Below, piece after piece: positions 34,831 through 46,202 of a stretch of DNA of 63,999 nucleotides. The notes beneath the pieces were generated by a model. It was not told the origin of the DNA. It saw only the letters and a program-made list of their open reading frames with translations, and ran no database searches. The stretch covers positions 1-63,999 of the forward strand of contig CAYUAF010000001.1 in NCBI GenBank assembly GCA_964442555.1. The letters run 5' to 3'. Made by a program: the position numbers and the translations under genes. Every line of letters begins with the position of its first letter. The stretch's first letter is position 1. The stretch is from an uncultured Brachymonas sp. Lineage in GTDB: Bacteria; Pseudomonadota; Gammaproteobacteria; Burkholderiales; Burkholderiaceae_C.

Positions 34831-37302
34831 ATGAACGCTACCAGACCATATAGCGCCAAACCTTTGACGGCATACAAGCCCTTCTGGGCCAAACGCTTTG
34901 GCACAGCGCCGTTTTTGCCCATGAGCCGTGCAGAAATGGACGTGCTGGGCTGGGATAGTTGCGACATTGTGCTGGTTACAGGGGATGCCTATGTGGATCA
35001 CCCCAGTTTTGGCATGTCGGTGATTGGCCGCGTGCTAGAGGCGCAAGGCTTTCGCGTCGGCATCATCGCGCAGCCGGATTGGACGAGCGCCGAGGCATTC
35101 AAGGCGCTGGGCCGGCCCAATCTGTTTTGGGGCGTAACGGCCGGCAATATGGACAGCATGATCAATCGCTACACGGCTGATCGCAAAATCCGCAGTGACG
35201 ATGCCTATACCCCCGGCAATGTGGCGGGCAAGCGCCCGGATCGCGCAGCCATCGTTTACAGCCAGCGTTGCCGCGAAGCGTACAAAGATGTGCCCGTCAT
35301 TCTGGGCGGCATTGAGGGCAGCCTGCGCCGCATTGCGCACTACGATTATTGGAGCGACAAAGTCCGCCGCTCCATCGTGGTAGACAGCAAATGCGACCTG
35401 CTGCTGTACGGCAACGCCGAACGCGCGGTGGTAGAAATTGCGCACCGCCTGGCAAGGCGTGAGCCGGTTGAAAGCATTACCGATGTGCGCGGCACGGCCT
35501 TTGTGCGCCGCGTGGCGGAAGCGGGCTGGCTGGAAATTGATTCCACCGAAATAGACCGCCCTGGCCGGGTCGATGCGCACCTCAACCCCTACCAAACACC
35601 GGCAGAGCAAGCGGCTGCCCAATCAGGGCAGGGGGGCGCAGCCTGTGGCGGTACGCGCCCGGCCGATGCGGCAGTATCTGCTTCTGCCGCCTGCCCAGGC
35701 ATGGCCCACCCGCCCGCTGCTGGCGTTGTTGGTGCAGCAGGGCAGGCTGCTGTGGGTGCTACAGAGCTGCATATGCCGGTGGCAGAAAAGCCCATCACCC
35801 TGCATCGGCCAGCGCGTGAGCGCACCGTCATCCGCCTACCCAGCTACGAGCAAGTTAAGACAGACCCGGTGCTTTACGCACACGCCAACCGCGTATTGCA
35901 CCTGGAAACCAACCCCGGCAACGCCCGCGCCCTGGTGCAGCGCTGTGGCGAGGGCCACACTGCGCGCGATGTGTGGCTCAACCCGCCGCCCGTTCCGCTC
36001 AGCATGGCGGAAATGGATCATATTTTTGATCTGCCCTATGCGCGCAGCCCGCATCCAGCCTATGCAGATAGCGATGGCCGCCACGACCGCAACACCAAAA
36101 TCCCCGCGTGGGAGATGATTCGCTTCAGCGTCAATATCATGCGCGGCTGCTTTGGCGGCTGCACTTTTTGCAGCATTACCGAACACGAAGGCCGCATCAT
36201 CCAAAGCCGAAGCGAAGCATCCATCGTGCGCGAAGTGGAAGATATGCGCGACAAAGTGCAGGGCTTTACCGGCGTTGTCAGCGACTTGGGCGGCCCCACC
36301 GCCAATATGTACCGGCTGGGCTGCCGCTCGCCCGAAATCGAAGCCGCCTGCCGCAAACCCAGCTGCGTGTATCCGGGCATTTGCCAGAACCTGCGCACTG
36401 ATCATTCTTCGCTCATCCGGCTGTATCGGCGTGTGCGCCAACTGCAAGGCGTAAAAAAAGTGCTCATCGGCTCCGGCCTGCGCTATGACTTGGCGGTGCA
36501 TTCGCCCGAATACGTGAAAGAACTGGTGCAGCACCATGTGGGCGGCTACCTCAAAATTGCCCCCGAACATACCGAGGCAGGGCCGCTGTCAAAAATGATG
36601 AAGCCCGGCATCGGCACGTACGACCGCTTCAAGCAAATGTTCGAACAATACAGCGCAGAGGCGGGCAAAGAACAGTTCCTGATTCCCTATTTCATCGCTG
36701 CACACCCCGGCACAACAGATGAAGATATGCTCAACTTGGCGCTGTGGTTGAAGAAAAACGGCTTTCGCGCCGACCAGGTGCAAGCCTTTTATCCCAGCCC
36801 CATGGCAACAGCCACAGCCATGTACCACACGGGCATCAACACCCTCAAAGGCGTGCACCGCGATGAGCGTGTTGAAAAGGTGGATACCGTCAAAGGCGAG
36901 CGCCGCCGCCGCTTGCACAAAGCCTTTTTGCGCTACCACGACCCCAACAACTGGCCCCTGCTGCGCGAAGCCTTGCAGCGCATGGGCCGCGCCGACCTGA
37001 TCGGCAACGGCAAACAGCACCTGATACCGCGCTGGCAGCCGGTAACTGACGGCAGCTACCAAAGCGCCCGGCGCAGCAACAGCACGCCCGTGCGGCCAGC
37101 GGGCCAAGCGGCTGCAACAGCAGGCCGGCAAGCCCAGCAAGCGCCGCACAAGCCAGGCAAAGGCTTGCCCAAGCAGCGCGCTGCTTCACAAGCGCAAGCA
37201 CCAGTGAACCAAGCGGTAAGACCCAAACGCGCTGCGCCCAACCAAGCTGCACGAGGCAAGTTGCTGACGCAACATACGGGCTTGCCGCCACGTACCCGTT
37301 AA
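34831..37302 (+). CDS. ygiQ: YgiQ-family radical SAM protein
   Basis: [19 protein letters not shown] (CxxxCxxC), [19 protein letters not shown]; long Ala/Gln-rich insertion and tail. Confidence 0.93.
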   Translation: MNATRPYSAKPLTAYKPFWAKRFGTAPFLPMSRAEMDVLGWDSCDIVLVTGDAYVDHPSFGMSVIGRVLEAQGFRVGIIAQPDWTSAEAFKALGRPNLFWGVTAGNMDSMINRYTADRKIRSDDAYTPGNVAGKRPDRAAIVYSQRCREAYKDVPVILGGIEGSLRRIAHYDYWSDKVRRSIVVDSKCDLLLYGNAERAVVEIAHRLARREPVESITDVRGTAFVRRVAEAGWLEIDSTEIDRPGRVDAHLNPYQTPAEQAAAQSGQGGAACGGTRPADAAVSASAACPGMAHPPAAGVVGAAGQAAVGATELHMPVAEKPITLHRPARERTVIRLPSYEQVKTDPVLYAHANRVLHLETNPGNARALVQRCGEGHTARDVWLNPPPVPLSMAEMDHIFDLPYARSPHPAYADSDGRHDRNTKIPAWEMIRFSVNIMRGCFGGCTFCSITEHEGRIIQSRSEASIVREVEDMRDKVQGFTGVVSDLGGPTANMYRLGCRSPEIEAACRKPSCVYPGICQNLRTDHSSLIRLYRRVRQLQGVKKVLIGSGLRYDLAVHSPEYVKELVQHHVGGYLKIAPEHTEAGPLSKMMKPGIGTYDRFKQMFEQYSAEAGKEQFLIPYFIAAHPGTTDEDMLNLALWLKKNGFRADQVQAFYPSPMATATAMYHTGINTLKGVHRDERVEKVDTVKGERRRRLHKAFLRYHDPNNWPLLREALQRMGRADLIGNGKQHLIPRWQPVTDGSYQSARRSNSTPVRPAGQAAATAGRQAQQAPHKPGKGLPKQRAASQAQAPVNQAVRPKRAAPNQAARGKLLTQHTGLPPRTR

Positions 37303-37363
37303 AAGTGCGGCGCATGAGGGCAACGCACTGAAAATCAAGGCCTTTGAAGGAGCAGGATTCATC

Positions 37364-37989
37364 ATGAATATTTCAGCCAATCTTTCTTCTGTTTCTTCTG
37401 CGCACGATGTATTGGCTTTTTGGTTGGGCGCTTATCCCTTGGATGAAACGGCCATGCAGCGCGTCAAGCCGCAGTGGTTTACCAAATCGGAAGCGTTTGA
37501 TGTCGAGTTGCGAGCGCGCTTTGGCGCCACGATTGAGGCGGCGCTGGCAGGCCAACTGAATGGCTGGGCCGATACGGCCGAGGGGCGCTTGGCTTTGCTG
37601 ATCGTGCTGGATCAGTTCACGCGCAACAGCTTTCGCGGTCAGCCCAAAAGCTTTGCGGGCGATGCACGTGCCTTGGCTGTGGCGCAACAAGGCATTGCCT
37701 TGGGGCACGACCGGCAAGTGCCGCCTGTGGCACGCATCTTTTGCTATTTGCCGCTGGAGCATGCCGAAGATGTGACCTTGCAAGCACAAAGCGTGGCCTT
37801 GTTTCAGCGCCTGGCGGATGAGGCTGCGCCAGAGCAGCACGCTTTTTTTCAGGCACGCTGGATTACGCCCGCAAGCACGAGGATGTGATTCGCCAATTTG
37901 GGCGCTTTCCGCACCGCAATGCCATTTTGGGCCGTGAGAGTACCGCAGAAGAAAAAGACTATTTGGCACAGCCCGGTGCGGGTTTTTAA
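37364..37989 (+). pseudogene. DUF924-family gene interrupted by a 1-nt frameshift in a T7 tract (or a sequencing error)
   Basis: LALLIVLDQFTRN and YLPLEHAE in the first frame. GTLDYARKHEDVIRQFGRFPHRNAILGRESTAEE...PGAGF* continues in another frame after T7 at 37843-37849; T8 restores one ORF. Confidence 0.85.
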
Positions 37990-38365
37990 AGGCTGAACGA
38001 AGTGCCACGTGGGCTTGTTGTGTTTGTGGCTTGCGGCAGGCGTGCTTGCCGGTGTGGCAAATGCAGTGATTGTTAGCCATCTGGCTTTGGGCTGCGGTTT
38101 TTGTACTTTCAATGCCTTTGTACTGAAAACGCTTTTGCGTGTGGCCGCCATCGCATGTGCTGGCGCGGTGTTGCAGCAGGAGATGGGGTACAGGCAATGC
38201 TTGAAGCAGCCATGTTTGAACACAGCCTGCTCGTGGTGTGGGCGTATGGAAATAGGGCTGGCTGGAGAGTTTGAGAAATTACCGGCTTCTGCTTTCTGTC
38301 AGATTCTGCGCTTGGATTTTTGCGCTTTGGCAGTAGCTTTTGCGGCAGAAAAGCCTTGCCGGATT

Positions 38366-38415
38366 CACCCTGATGGCAGCCTTTGTTCTTGGCAGTCATC
38401 AGGGTGTTTTTGTTT
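38366..38415 (+). terminator. Long hairpin with T-tract on the + strand
   Basis: CACCCTGATGGC...GTCATCAGGGTG followed by TTTTTGTTT. Confidence 0.6.
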
Positions 38416-38456
38416 CAAGCCTTGCGTTTTGATCTTTGCGCTTTGAGCGGTGTGCT

Positions 38457-39698
38457 TCAGGCCGCCCGTGGTTTGACCAGTGCAGCCGCCTGCTTGGCGC
38501 GCGTGCGGGCGGTGTCTACATCGTCTGCCCATGCCAAGGCAACGCCCATGCGGCGTTTGGTAAAGCTTTCGGGCTTGCCAAACAGGCGTATATCGGTTTG
38601 CGGCACGGCCAAGGCGTCGGCCACGCCGTCAAAAGCGATGCCTTGGGCGTCTACGCCGCCGTAAATCACGGCGCTGGCGCCAGGGCTTTTGAGCGCAGTG
38701 CTCACGGGCAGGCCCAAGATGGCGCGGGCGTGCAGCTCGAATTCGTTTTGCCATTGCGTGGTCATAGTGACCATGCCCGTGTCGTGCGGGCGGGGGCTAA
38801 CTTCGCTGAACCACACTTGTTCGCCTTTGACGAACAGTTCCACGCCGTACAGACCCAGCCCGGCAGGCTGGCCGTCTGCCCCTTGGCCCAGGTTGCTGGT
38901 TACGGCGCGGGCAATGCGCTCGGCCTCGGCCAGCGCGGCGGGGGGCATGGGGTGGGGTTGCCAGCTTTCCACATAGTCGCCAGCGACTTGGCGGTGGCCG
39001 ATGGGGGCGCAGAAGTGGGTGTCGATGCCGCCTTGGGCATTGCGTGCCCGCACGGTGAGGAGGGTGATTTCGTAGTCGAAATCGATAAAGCCTTCCACAA
39101 TCACGCGGCCATGCGCCACGCGGCCGCCTTGCATGGCGTAGTCCCAGGCGCGGGCAACGTCTTGCGGGCCGTCGATTTTGCTTTGGCCTTTGCCACTGCT
39201 GCTCATGACGGGTTTGACAACGCAGGGATAGCCGATGCCGGGTTGCCCATCTGTTCCATCAATGGCGGCTTGCAGTTCGGCCAACGAGTTGCAAAAGCGG
39301 TACGGGCTGGTGGGCAGGCCCAGTGTTTCTGCGGCCAGGCGGCGGATGCCTTCGCGGTCCATGGTCAGGCGGGTGGCGCGGGCGGTGGGCACTACGCGCA
39401 CGGTGCCTGCGGCTTCGAGTTGTTCCAGCACATCGGTGGCAATGGCTTCGATTTCAGGCACGACAAGCGCGGGTTTTTCGGCCTCAATCAGGCTTTGCAG
39501 CTGCGCCGCATCGCTCATGACGATGGTGCGCGCGTGGTGCGCCACTTGCTGACCGGGGGCGTTGGCGTAGCGGTCTACGGCAATGGTTTCTACCCCCAAG
39601 CGTTGCAGGGCGATGAGGACTTCTTTGCCTAACTCGCCGCTGCCCAGCAGCATGACACGGGTGGCAGAAGGGGATAGGGGGGTACCAAGGGTAGTCAT
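38457..39698 (-). CDS. purT: Formate-dependent phosphoribosylglycinamide formyltransferase
   Basis: [41 protein letters not shown]. Confidence 0.97.
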   Translation of the reverse strand: MTTLGTPLSPSATRVMLLGSGELGKEVLIALQRLGVETIAVDRYANAPGQQVAHHARTIVMSDAAQLQSLIEAEKPALVVPEIEAIATDVLEQLEAAGTVRVVPTARATRLTMDREGIRRLAAETLGLPTSPYRFCNSLAELQAAIDGTDGQPGIGYPCVVKPVMSSSGKGQSKIDGPQDVARAWDYAMQGGRVAHGRVIVEGFIDFDYEITLLTVRARNAQGGIDTHFCAPIGHRQVAGDYVESWQPHPMPPAALAEAERIARAVTSNLGQGADGQPAGLGLYGVELFVKGEQVWFSEVSPRPHDTGMVTMTTQWQNEFELHARAILGLPVSTALKSPGASAVIYGGVDAQGIAFDGVADALAVPQTDIRLFGKPESFTKRRMGVALAWADDVDTARTRAKQAAALVKPRAA

Positions 39699-40291
39699 GG
39701 CGGTTCTTCGTGTTTAAAAAGATTGGTGAAAGTGCTGGCGGTATTTTATCTAGCGGGGTATTGCGCATGTGGGGTGTATGCGGCGTATGCGGGGTAGAGA
39801 AGGGAGCATGCGGATAAAGGCAAGCGCGTTTTGTTTGATATGCGTGCAGCCATTTTTGACCTTGCCTGGTACCGCTTTTTTGTTCATTTGCAGGCGCAAG
39901 CACATGTGGCAGGCCGCCAAGGCGCGGGAGCTACGGCTGCTTGCGGCCAGCGCATGAGATGCTTGCTTGTTGGCGTGCAAGAGTTGTTTGCAATAGCTGC
40001 TTGGTGCGGTACAAGCACACGGTGCGTTGCTTGCGCACGAGTGGGCTGGGATTGCGCGTTGATAAAGATGCGCCAAAAGCATGCGTTATGGCTGCAAATG
40101 CGTGCAATTGCTTGTATTTTTGGGAGCGGGCGCGGCTTGTGCGGAGGGCGAAAATGCGGGTTTTCGAGCATTATCAGCCCCATCTTTCTCTTCCTATAAT
40201 GGCGCGGGCCGGCGCTTGTGCACGATGCGATGGCGCGGCCTTTGCAGATCATTTTGATGACAACCAACTCTTTTGTAAGGGAACACACATC

Positions 40292-41809
40292 ATGGAACAA
40301 ACGTCCCGTGTTTTGCATCCGCTGTTTCGCGAAAAAATCATGTCGGCTGAAGCGGCTGCAGCACAAATCATGCCGGGTGACAACATCGGGATGAGTGGTT
40401 TTACAGGCTCCGGTCACCCCAAGGCCGTACCGCAAGAGTTGGCCAAGCGCATTGAGGCAGCGCATGCACGCGGTGAAGAGTTCCGCGTCAGCGTATGGAC
40501 GGGCGCTTCTACCGCCCCCGAGCTGGATGGCGCGCTGGCCGCAGTCGATGGCATGGATATGCGCTTGCCCTACCAGTCTGACCCGATTTGCCGCCAGAAA
40601 ATCAACGCAGGCACCATGCAATATGCCGACATTCACCTGTCGCACGTAGCTCCCCATGCCTGGTTTGGCTTTTACGGCAAGCTCAATGTGGCCGTGATTG
40701 AAGTAACCGCCATTCTGGAAGACGGCTCGCTGGTGCCTTCTACCGCCGTGGGCAACAACAAGACGTGGCTGGACTTGGCCGACAAGGTCATTCTGGAAGT
40801 GAACAGCTACCAAAGCATGCACCTGCAAGGCATGCACGATATTTACTACGGCACCCAAATCCCGCCCAAGCGCCAGCCGATTCAGATGACGCAAAGCGAT
40901 GCCCGCATTGGCGAGCCTTTCCTGCGCGTGGATCCGGCCAAAGTGGTGGCTGTGGTCGAAACCAATGCCAGCGATCGCAATACCGACTTCACCCCGCCGG
41001 ACGAAGCCTCCGAGCTGATCGCCGCGCATTTGATCGACTTCTTCCAGCACGAAGTCAAACAAGGCCGCTTGCCCAACAACCTGTTGCCCTTGCAGTCTGG
41101 CGTGGGCAATATCGCCAATGCCGTGCTGGCCGGGCTGAACAAAAGCTCGTTCGAGAACATGACGGCCTACACCGAAGTGCTGCAAGACGGCATGCTCGAC
41201 ATGATCGCCAGCGGCAAGCTGCGCCACGCTTCGGCCACGGCCATCAGCCTGAGCAAAGCCGGGCTGCAATACTTTGAAGACAATCTGGAGCAGTTGCGCG
41301 AGCGCATTCTGCTGCGCCCGCAAGAAATCAGCAACCACCCCGAGCTGATTCGCCGCTTGGGCACCTTGTCGATGAACGGCATGATCGAAGCCGACATTTA
41401 CGGCAACGTCAATTCCACCCATGTCATGGGCACCCGCATGATGAACGGCATTGGCGGCTCTGGCGACTTTGCGCGCAATGCCTATATCTGCGCGTTCATG
41501 ACGCCTTCTACCGCCAAGGGCGGCAAAATCTCTTGCATTGTGCCGATGGTGAGCCATGTGGACCACACCGAGCACGACGTGCAAGTGCTGGTCACAGAGC
41601 AGGGCTTGGCCGACCTGCGCGGCCTGGCGCCACGGCAGCGTGCCAAGCGCATCATCGAAAAATGCGCGCACCCGGACTACAAAGACATGCTCAACGACTA
41701 CTACGAGCGCGCGCTGCGCGAGTCGCCCGGCAAGCATACGCCCCACTTGCTGAACGAGGCATTGAGCTGGCACATGCGCTTTGAAGAAACGGGCAGCATG
41801 CTCAAGTAA
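40292..41809 (+). CDS. Acetyl-CoA hydrolase/transferase family; succinate CoA-transferase (AarC/ScpC-like)
   Basis: SGFTGSGHPKAVP, LQSGVGNIANAV, MIEADIYGNVNSTHV, NGIGGSGDFARNA; RBS-like AAGGGA before ATG 40292. Confidence 0.92.
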   Translation: MEQTSRVLHPLFREKIMSAEAAAAQIMPGDNIGMSGFTGSGHPKAVPQELAKRIEAAHARGEEFRVSVWTGASTAPELDGALAAVDGMDMRLPYQSDPICRQKINAGTMQYADIHLSHVAPHAWFGFYGKLNVAVIEVTAILEDGSLVPSTAVGNNKTWLDLADKVILEVNSYQSMHLQGMHDIYYGTQIPPKRQPIQMTQSDARIGEPFLRVDPAKVVAVVETNASDRNTDFTPPDEASELIAAHLIDFFQHEVKQGRLPNNLLPLQSGVGNIANAVLAGLNKSSFENMTAYTEVLQDGMLDMIASGKLRHASATAISLSKAGLQYFEDNLEQLRERILLRPQEISNHPELIRRLGTLSMNGMIEADIYGNVNSTHVMGTRMMNGIGGSGDFARNAYICAFMTPSTAKGGKISCIVPMVSHVDHTEHDVQVLVTEQGLADLRGLAPRQRAKRIIEKCAHPDYKDMLNDYYERALRESPGKHTPHLLNEALSWHMRFEETGSMLK

Positions 41810-41892
41810 GCGCCAAGTCGCCAAATGGCAAGGCAACTGCTTCGCACTTCTTCACTTCTGCGGTGCCGTGTTTATGCCGCAGGGTGATGGAT

Positions 41893-41924
41893 AAAACGCC
41901 GGTTGAAAGATACCGGCGTTTTTT
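41893..41924 (+). terminator. Intrinsic terminator after the CoA-transferase gene
   Basis: AAAACGCCGGT-TGAAAGAT-ACCGGCGTTTTTT. Confidence 0.85.
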
Positions 41925-42261
41925 ATTGCAAGATCATTGCAAGACGTGCCGCGCGCTTACCTGCCAAGCGGCTTGCGCCGCACCCATGTTGTCGGCTGTA
42001 TGAACTCTGGAGTGATGGGCTATATGGTTGGCGTAGCGGGCACGCAGCCAGTGCTGCAAGGGTGAAGGGGGCGATCAAAGCGCGCAAGCCAAGCACAAGC
42101 CCTTGCGCCACTTGGCTATGCGGCGGGCAGGAGCTTGTAGCCATTGGATGGGGCTGCTTGTGGGTTTAGTCACCGTTTTTTGCAGATAGGCAGCTGGTGC
42201 GGCTTGGCGCTTTGGGATAATCCTATCACTTGTACTTTTCTCTTTTCAAACAAGGATTTGT

Positions 42262-43101
42262 GTGGACATTCTTTTGCTTTTCAAAGCGGCCCTGATGGGC
42301 ATTGTGGAAGGCTTGACCGAGTTTCTTCCGATTTCTTCCACTGGGCACCTGATCCTTACAAGCGCGTTGCTGAACTTTGCGGCAGAGCCGTTCAGCCAGG
42401 AAAAAGCGCAGGCCTTTGAAATCGCCATTCAAACCGGCGCGATTTTTGCCGTGATTTTGGTGTACTGGCAAAAAATCAGCAGCACGATCGTGTCCTTGCC
42501 GCATTCGCGCCAGTCGCAGCGTTTTGCCTTGAACGTTATCGTGGCCTTTGTGCCCGCAGTGGTGCTGGGTCTGCTGTTTGGCCAGGCGATCAAGGATCAT
42601 TTGTTTACGCCCTTGGTCGTGGCCATTACGTTTATTGTGGGCGGTTTCATCATCATTTGGGCGGAAAAGCGCCAGAAAACCGCGCGGGTAGAGAGCGTGG
42701 ACGCCATGTCCCTGACCGATGCCATCAAGGTCGGGCTGGTGCAGTGCTTTGCCATGATTCCCGGCATGAGCCGCAGCGGTGCAACCATTATCGGCGGCAT
42801 GCTGTGCGGGCTGGATCGCAAAGTGGCGACCGAATTTTCTTTTTACCTGGCCATGCCCACGCTGATTGGCGCCGGGGTATACAGCATGTACAAAGTGCGC
42901 TCGGTATTGAGCATGGACGTGGTGCCGGTCTTTTTGGTGGGCTTGCTGTTTGCCTTTATTAGCGCCTGGCTGTGCGTGCGCTGGCTGTTGCGCTTTATCT
43001 CCAATCACGATTTCATTCCGTTTGCTTGGTATCGCATCGGATTTGGCGTGCTGGTGCTGCTGACTTGGTGGACCGGCGTGGTGGACTGGGCGCAGCATTA
43101 A
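42262..43101 (+). CDS. uppP: Undecaprenyl-diphosphate phosphatase
   Basis: [37 protein letters not shown]. Confidence 0.96.
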   Translation: MDILLLFKAALMGIVEGLTEFLPISSTGHLILTSALLNFAAEPFSQEKAQAFEIAIQTGAIFAVILVYWQKISSTIVSLPHSRQSQRFALNVIVAFVPAVVLGLLFGQAIKDHLFTPLVVAITFIVGGFIIIWAEKRQKTARVESVDAMSLTDAIKVGLVQCFAMIPGMSRSGATIIGGMLCGLDRKVATEFSFYLAMPTLIGAGVYSMYKVRSVLSMDVVPVFLVGLLFAFISAWLCVRWLLRFISNHDFIPFAWYRIGFGVLVLLTWWTGVVDWAQH

Positions 43102-43262
43102 GAGCTTGTTCAAATTCTCTGCACGGTGTGCCATCAAGCGGATTTGTGCGGTCTGCTGCGTTGCAAATACTCGCCATAACACGGACTATGTCTGCGTTTT
43201 GCGCCTTGCATTCCATCTCAAACCGCTTTTTCCCTACTCGCGCCGAGATTTCGAACAGGCTC
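43102..43262. mobile_element. MITE family B (161 bp, one-armed) on the uppP stop codon
   Basis: TAA|GAGCTTGTTCAAATTCTC...GAGATTTCGAACAGGCTC|TAA: imperfect 18-bp TIRs with TAA duplicated. Confidence 0.85.
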
Positions 43263-43417
43263 TAAGCGCCTTTCGCAAAGGGCGCAAGGCTTGGCAGGCA
43301 AGGGCGCTGTTCGGTAGCGCAGCGGTTACCGCTTGAACTACCGCCTGCCGCTCCAATCTCTGTGCTGTACATCAGTCGCACTTTGCGGTACAACATGGCA
43401 GAAAAGGAGGGGATGCC

Positions 43418-44182
43418 ATGTTTGCTTTTGCAGCAGCCCAACATCATCAAATTCATCGCCGTGTTTACCGCCGTGTTGCGGGCAGGGTGCTTGGGGGCTT
43501 GATCGGTAGCTTGGTTCTTGTGCTGGCAGGCTGTGCCAGCCCGCGGCTGGCGACAACGGTTACGCACTTTCAACAGTGGCCGGCTCATGCCAAGGGTGCC
43601 GGTTACACCGTTACGGTGGAGCCGGTTTTGCAGGCCGAGGTCGGTAAGATCGGCGAAACATTCATCTTGCCCGAGTTGGAAGCCCAAACGTACGCAGCCT
43701 ATGTCGGGCAACATTTGCAGGCACAGGGCCTGGTGCCTGCGGCGCGGCCTGAACAGGCGCGCATGCTGGTAAACATCAGCATTCAGTCGCGCAAGGGCGT
43801 GGTGGAAGTGCGCGAACCTTTCTTCCGCCCGGCTTTGGGCGTGGGCTTTGGCGGTGCGCACTGGCACTTTGGCGGTTTGTGGATGGACCCCTGGATGTGG
43901 GAAGACCGCATCTCGCGCCGCCCCGTGCAAAGCTATACCTTGCAGGTGCGTATTGCAGACCGCCATTCCACCACGCAGAACAAGGGCTATGCACCGGGTC
44001 GCGCACAAAGCCAGATGCCCGTGTTTGACGGGCGGGCGGAATATACGGGCAGCCCCGTTGCCCTGCACAAAATCATGCCGTATCTGATACGCGCCGTGTT
44101 TGATGGCTTTCCGGGCAGCAACGGGCATACGCACCGCGTTGTGTTTGATCGCAAAACGGGGGCGCAGCTACCTGCCAGGTAA
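43418..44182 (+). CDS. Putative lipoprotein (DUF4136-like)
   Basis: Lipobox VLAGC after a hydrophobic stretch; VTHFQQWP; [16 protein letters not shown] tail. Start uncertain. Confidence 0.7.
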   Translation: MFAFAAAQHHQIHRRVYRRVAGRVLGGLIGSLVLVLAGCASPRLATTVTHFQQWPAHAKGAGYTVTVEPVLQAEVGKIGETFILPELEAQTYAAYVGQHLQAQGLVPAARPEQARMLVNISIQSRKGVVEVREPFFRPALGVGFGGAHWHFGGLWMDPWMWEDRISRRPVQSYTLQVRIADRHSTTQNKGYAPGRAQSQMPVFDGRAEYTGSPVALHKIMPYLIRAVFDGFPGSNGHTHRVVFDRKTGAQLPAR

Positions 44183-44295
44183 GGCTGTGCCCAGTCAGTG
44201 CGGGCGTTGCGCCGTGCAGATGCGTGCAATCGCGTAAAATTGCCACTCTTTTGCCGCGGCATCGTTCCGTAATTTCAGGTTCTTTCCCATTCGTT

Positions 44296-45111
44296 ATGAC
44301 TGCTTCTTTGCACCCCATGCTCAACGTGGCCATCAAGGCTGCCCGCGCCGCTGGCGCCATCATCAACCGTGCGTCGCTGGACGTAGAGGCCGTGCGCGTC
44401 TCGCAAAAGCAGTCAAACGACTTTGTGACCGAAGTCGATCATCTGGCCGAACAGACCATTATCGATACGCTGCTATCCGCCTATCCGCAGCATGGCATCT
44501 TGGCCGAAGAATCAGGCAGCACGCGCGGTAACCCCAAAAGCGATCACGTCTGGATCATCGATCCGCTGGATGGCACAACCAACTTCATGCACGGTTTTCC
44601 CGTCTACTGCGTCAGCATCGCACTGCAAGTGCGCGGCAAGATAGAACAAGCCGTTATCTACGACCCCACCCGCAACGACCTGTTTACCGCCACACGCGGG
44701 CGCGGCGCTTTTTTGAACGACCGCCGCATCCGCGTCAGCAAGCGCATCCGCATGGCAGATTGCCTGATCGCAACCGGCTTTCCTTTCCGCCCGGGCCAGA
44801 ACTATGAACAGTTCATGCAAATCTTTACGGAAATGATGTGCAGCACAGCCGGGGTGCGCCGCCCAGGCTCCGCCGCACTGGACTTGGCCTATGTGGCTGC
44901 CGGTTTCAGCGACGGCTTTTTTGAAACCGGCCTGCAACCTTGGGACGTGGCCGCAGGCAGCCTGCTGGTACAAGAAGCAGGCGGCCTGGTGGGCAACTTC
45001 ACGGGCGAAGCCGACTTTTTGCATACGGGCGAATGCCTGGCGGCTAGCCCCAAAATTTACGGGTTGATGGTGCACATGCTGAAAAAATACAGCCAATACG
45101 CGGCAGGCTAA
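44296..45111 (+). CDS. suhB: Inositol-1-monophosphatase / Nus factor SuhB
   Basis: [42 protein letters not shown]. Confidence 0.95.
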   Translation: MTASLHPMLNVAIKAARAAGAIINRASLDVEAVRVSQKQSNDFVTEVDHLAEQTIIDTLLSAYPQHGILAEESGSTRGNPKSDHVWIIDPLDGTTNFMHGFPVYCVSIALQVRGKIEQAVIYDPTRNDLFTATRGRGAFLNDRRIRVSKRIRMADCLIATGFPFRPGQNYEQFMQIFTEMMCSTAGVRRPGSAALDLAYVAAGFSDGFFETGLQPWDVAAGSLLVQEAGGLVGNFTGEADFLHTGECLAASPKIYGLMVHMLKKYSQYAAG

Positions 45112-45258
45112 TTGGTTTAATTGGTTCTTTGCTGCTACGTTTTAAAAAAGGCCAGCGTCAAGCAGGCTTTTTTGTTTGGTAGTGTGGAATCAGCATTTGC
45201 TTAAATCTGTCCACAGAGGTGGTAGTGATCATACGGTGCTGTTTTTTGTGGAATATCT

Positions 45259-45885
45259 TTAGGAATAACGGAGATCGGGGCGGATGCATACGAATAACAG
45301 CAGCCCGGTTATAGCGCCTAGCGTGTCGGCCAGCATGTCTTTTTGTGCGTCCCAAATATCGCCTTGCGAACCTAAAAACTCAATGCCTGCGTTGCCGCCT
45401 TCAATGACGGCGTAGAGCCATTCGATGATTTCGTAACTGGCCGCCACGCTCATGATGAAGAACAAGGCAAAAAACAGCGCCAGCTTGAGTCCGCACAAAC
45501 GGCGGCGCAGCAGCCATTCGGCCATCGGAAAACTGTAAAAGCCGATGATGTAGTGCGCCAGGCGATCGTAGTGATTGCGGCCTTCTCCCAGCAAGGGGGC
45601 GAGCAGGCGGTTGCCCCAGTCAAACGGCACATTGGCAAAGGTGTAATGCGCGCCCACCGTGTGCATCAGCAGCCATAGGCTCATGAGCAAATAGGCTGCG
45701 TTGCTGAAGCGAAACAGCGGGTACGTTAGCACTAGCGCGGCAAACACGGCAAAGATGGGAATGATCTCGGCCCACCACACGGCCCGATCAGCCGGGCCAA
45801 TGCCTGACCATACGGCAACGGCAGCCAGAACGGATGCCAGCAAAATCGGAAAAATGGCAGATGCGGGTTGCGTGTGAGTAGGCAT
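45259..45885 (-). CDS. DUF2238 (YjdF-like) membrane protein
   Basis: VGAHYTFANVPF, RNHYDRLAH, YEIIEW, FLGSQGDIWDAQKDM. Confidence 0.88.
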   Translation of the reverse strand: MPTHTQPASAIFPILLASVLAAVAVWSGIGPADRAVWWAEIIPIFAVFAALVLTYPLFRFSNAAYLLMSLWLLMHTVGAHYTFANVPFDWGNRLLAPLLGEGRNHYDRLAHYIIGFYSFPMAEWLLRRRLCGLKLALFFALFFIMSVAASYEIIEWLYAVIEGGNAGIEFLGSQGDIWDAQKDMLADTLGAITGLLLFVCIRPDLRYS

Positions 45886-46202
45886 GGCGTTGCAATTAAT
45901 CAAAACAGCTTGGCAAACGGGGCCAACCGGCGCATGCACAGACATTGGTAGGCGTTGATGGGTGCGTGCAACTGATATGGCTGGGATGCCGGCAAGCGGC
46001 GCCCATGCCATCAGCAGTTGAAAAAGATGCGCAGGTCAGCCCCGTCGTGAAGCGGTGATTATCTAACGGCGGAGCAAAACGGTGATGCAAAGCGATGATG
46101 TGCCGCAAGCGGCAAAAGTCGGGCAAAAAACCGGGCAAAAAGCCAGGCAAGAAAATCCATAATGACGGTTTTTTGAATTTTTGGCGTTTTGTGATCAGTT
46201 GT

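Noticed and set aside
39699-40291. Possible ZTP or purine riboswitch upstream of purT in a long spacer
   Set aside because: I could not find the conserved GACUGGCG / CGCCUGGGC elements on the minus strand; an Infernal search would be needed to exclude it fully.
45144-45173. Possible bidirectional terminator between suhB and the DUF2238 gene
   Set aside because: It has flanking A/T tracts but only a short, mismatched GC stem, too weak to call.
45886-46202. Possible yjdF riboswitch upstream of the DUF2238 gene
   Set aside because: No recognisable tRNA-like motif by eye; the region holds only short tandem repeats and the divergent start region of the potassium transporter genes.
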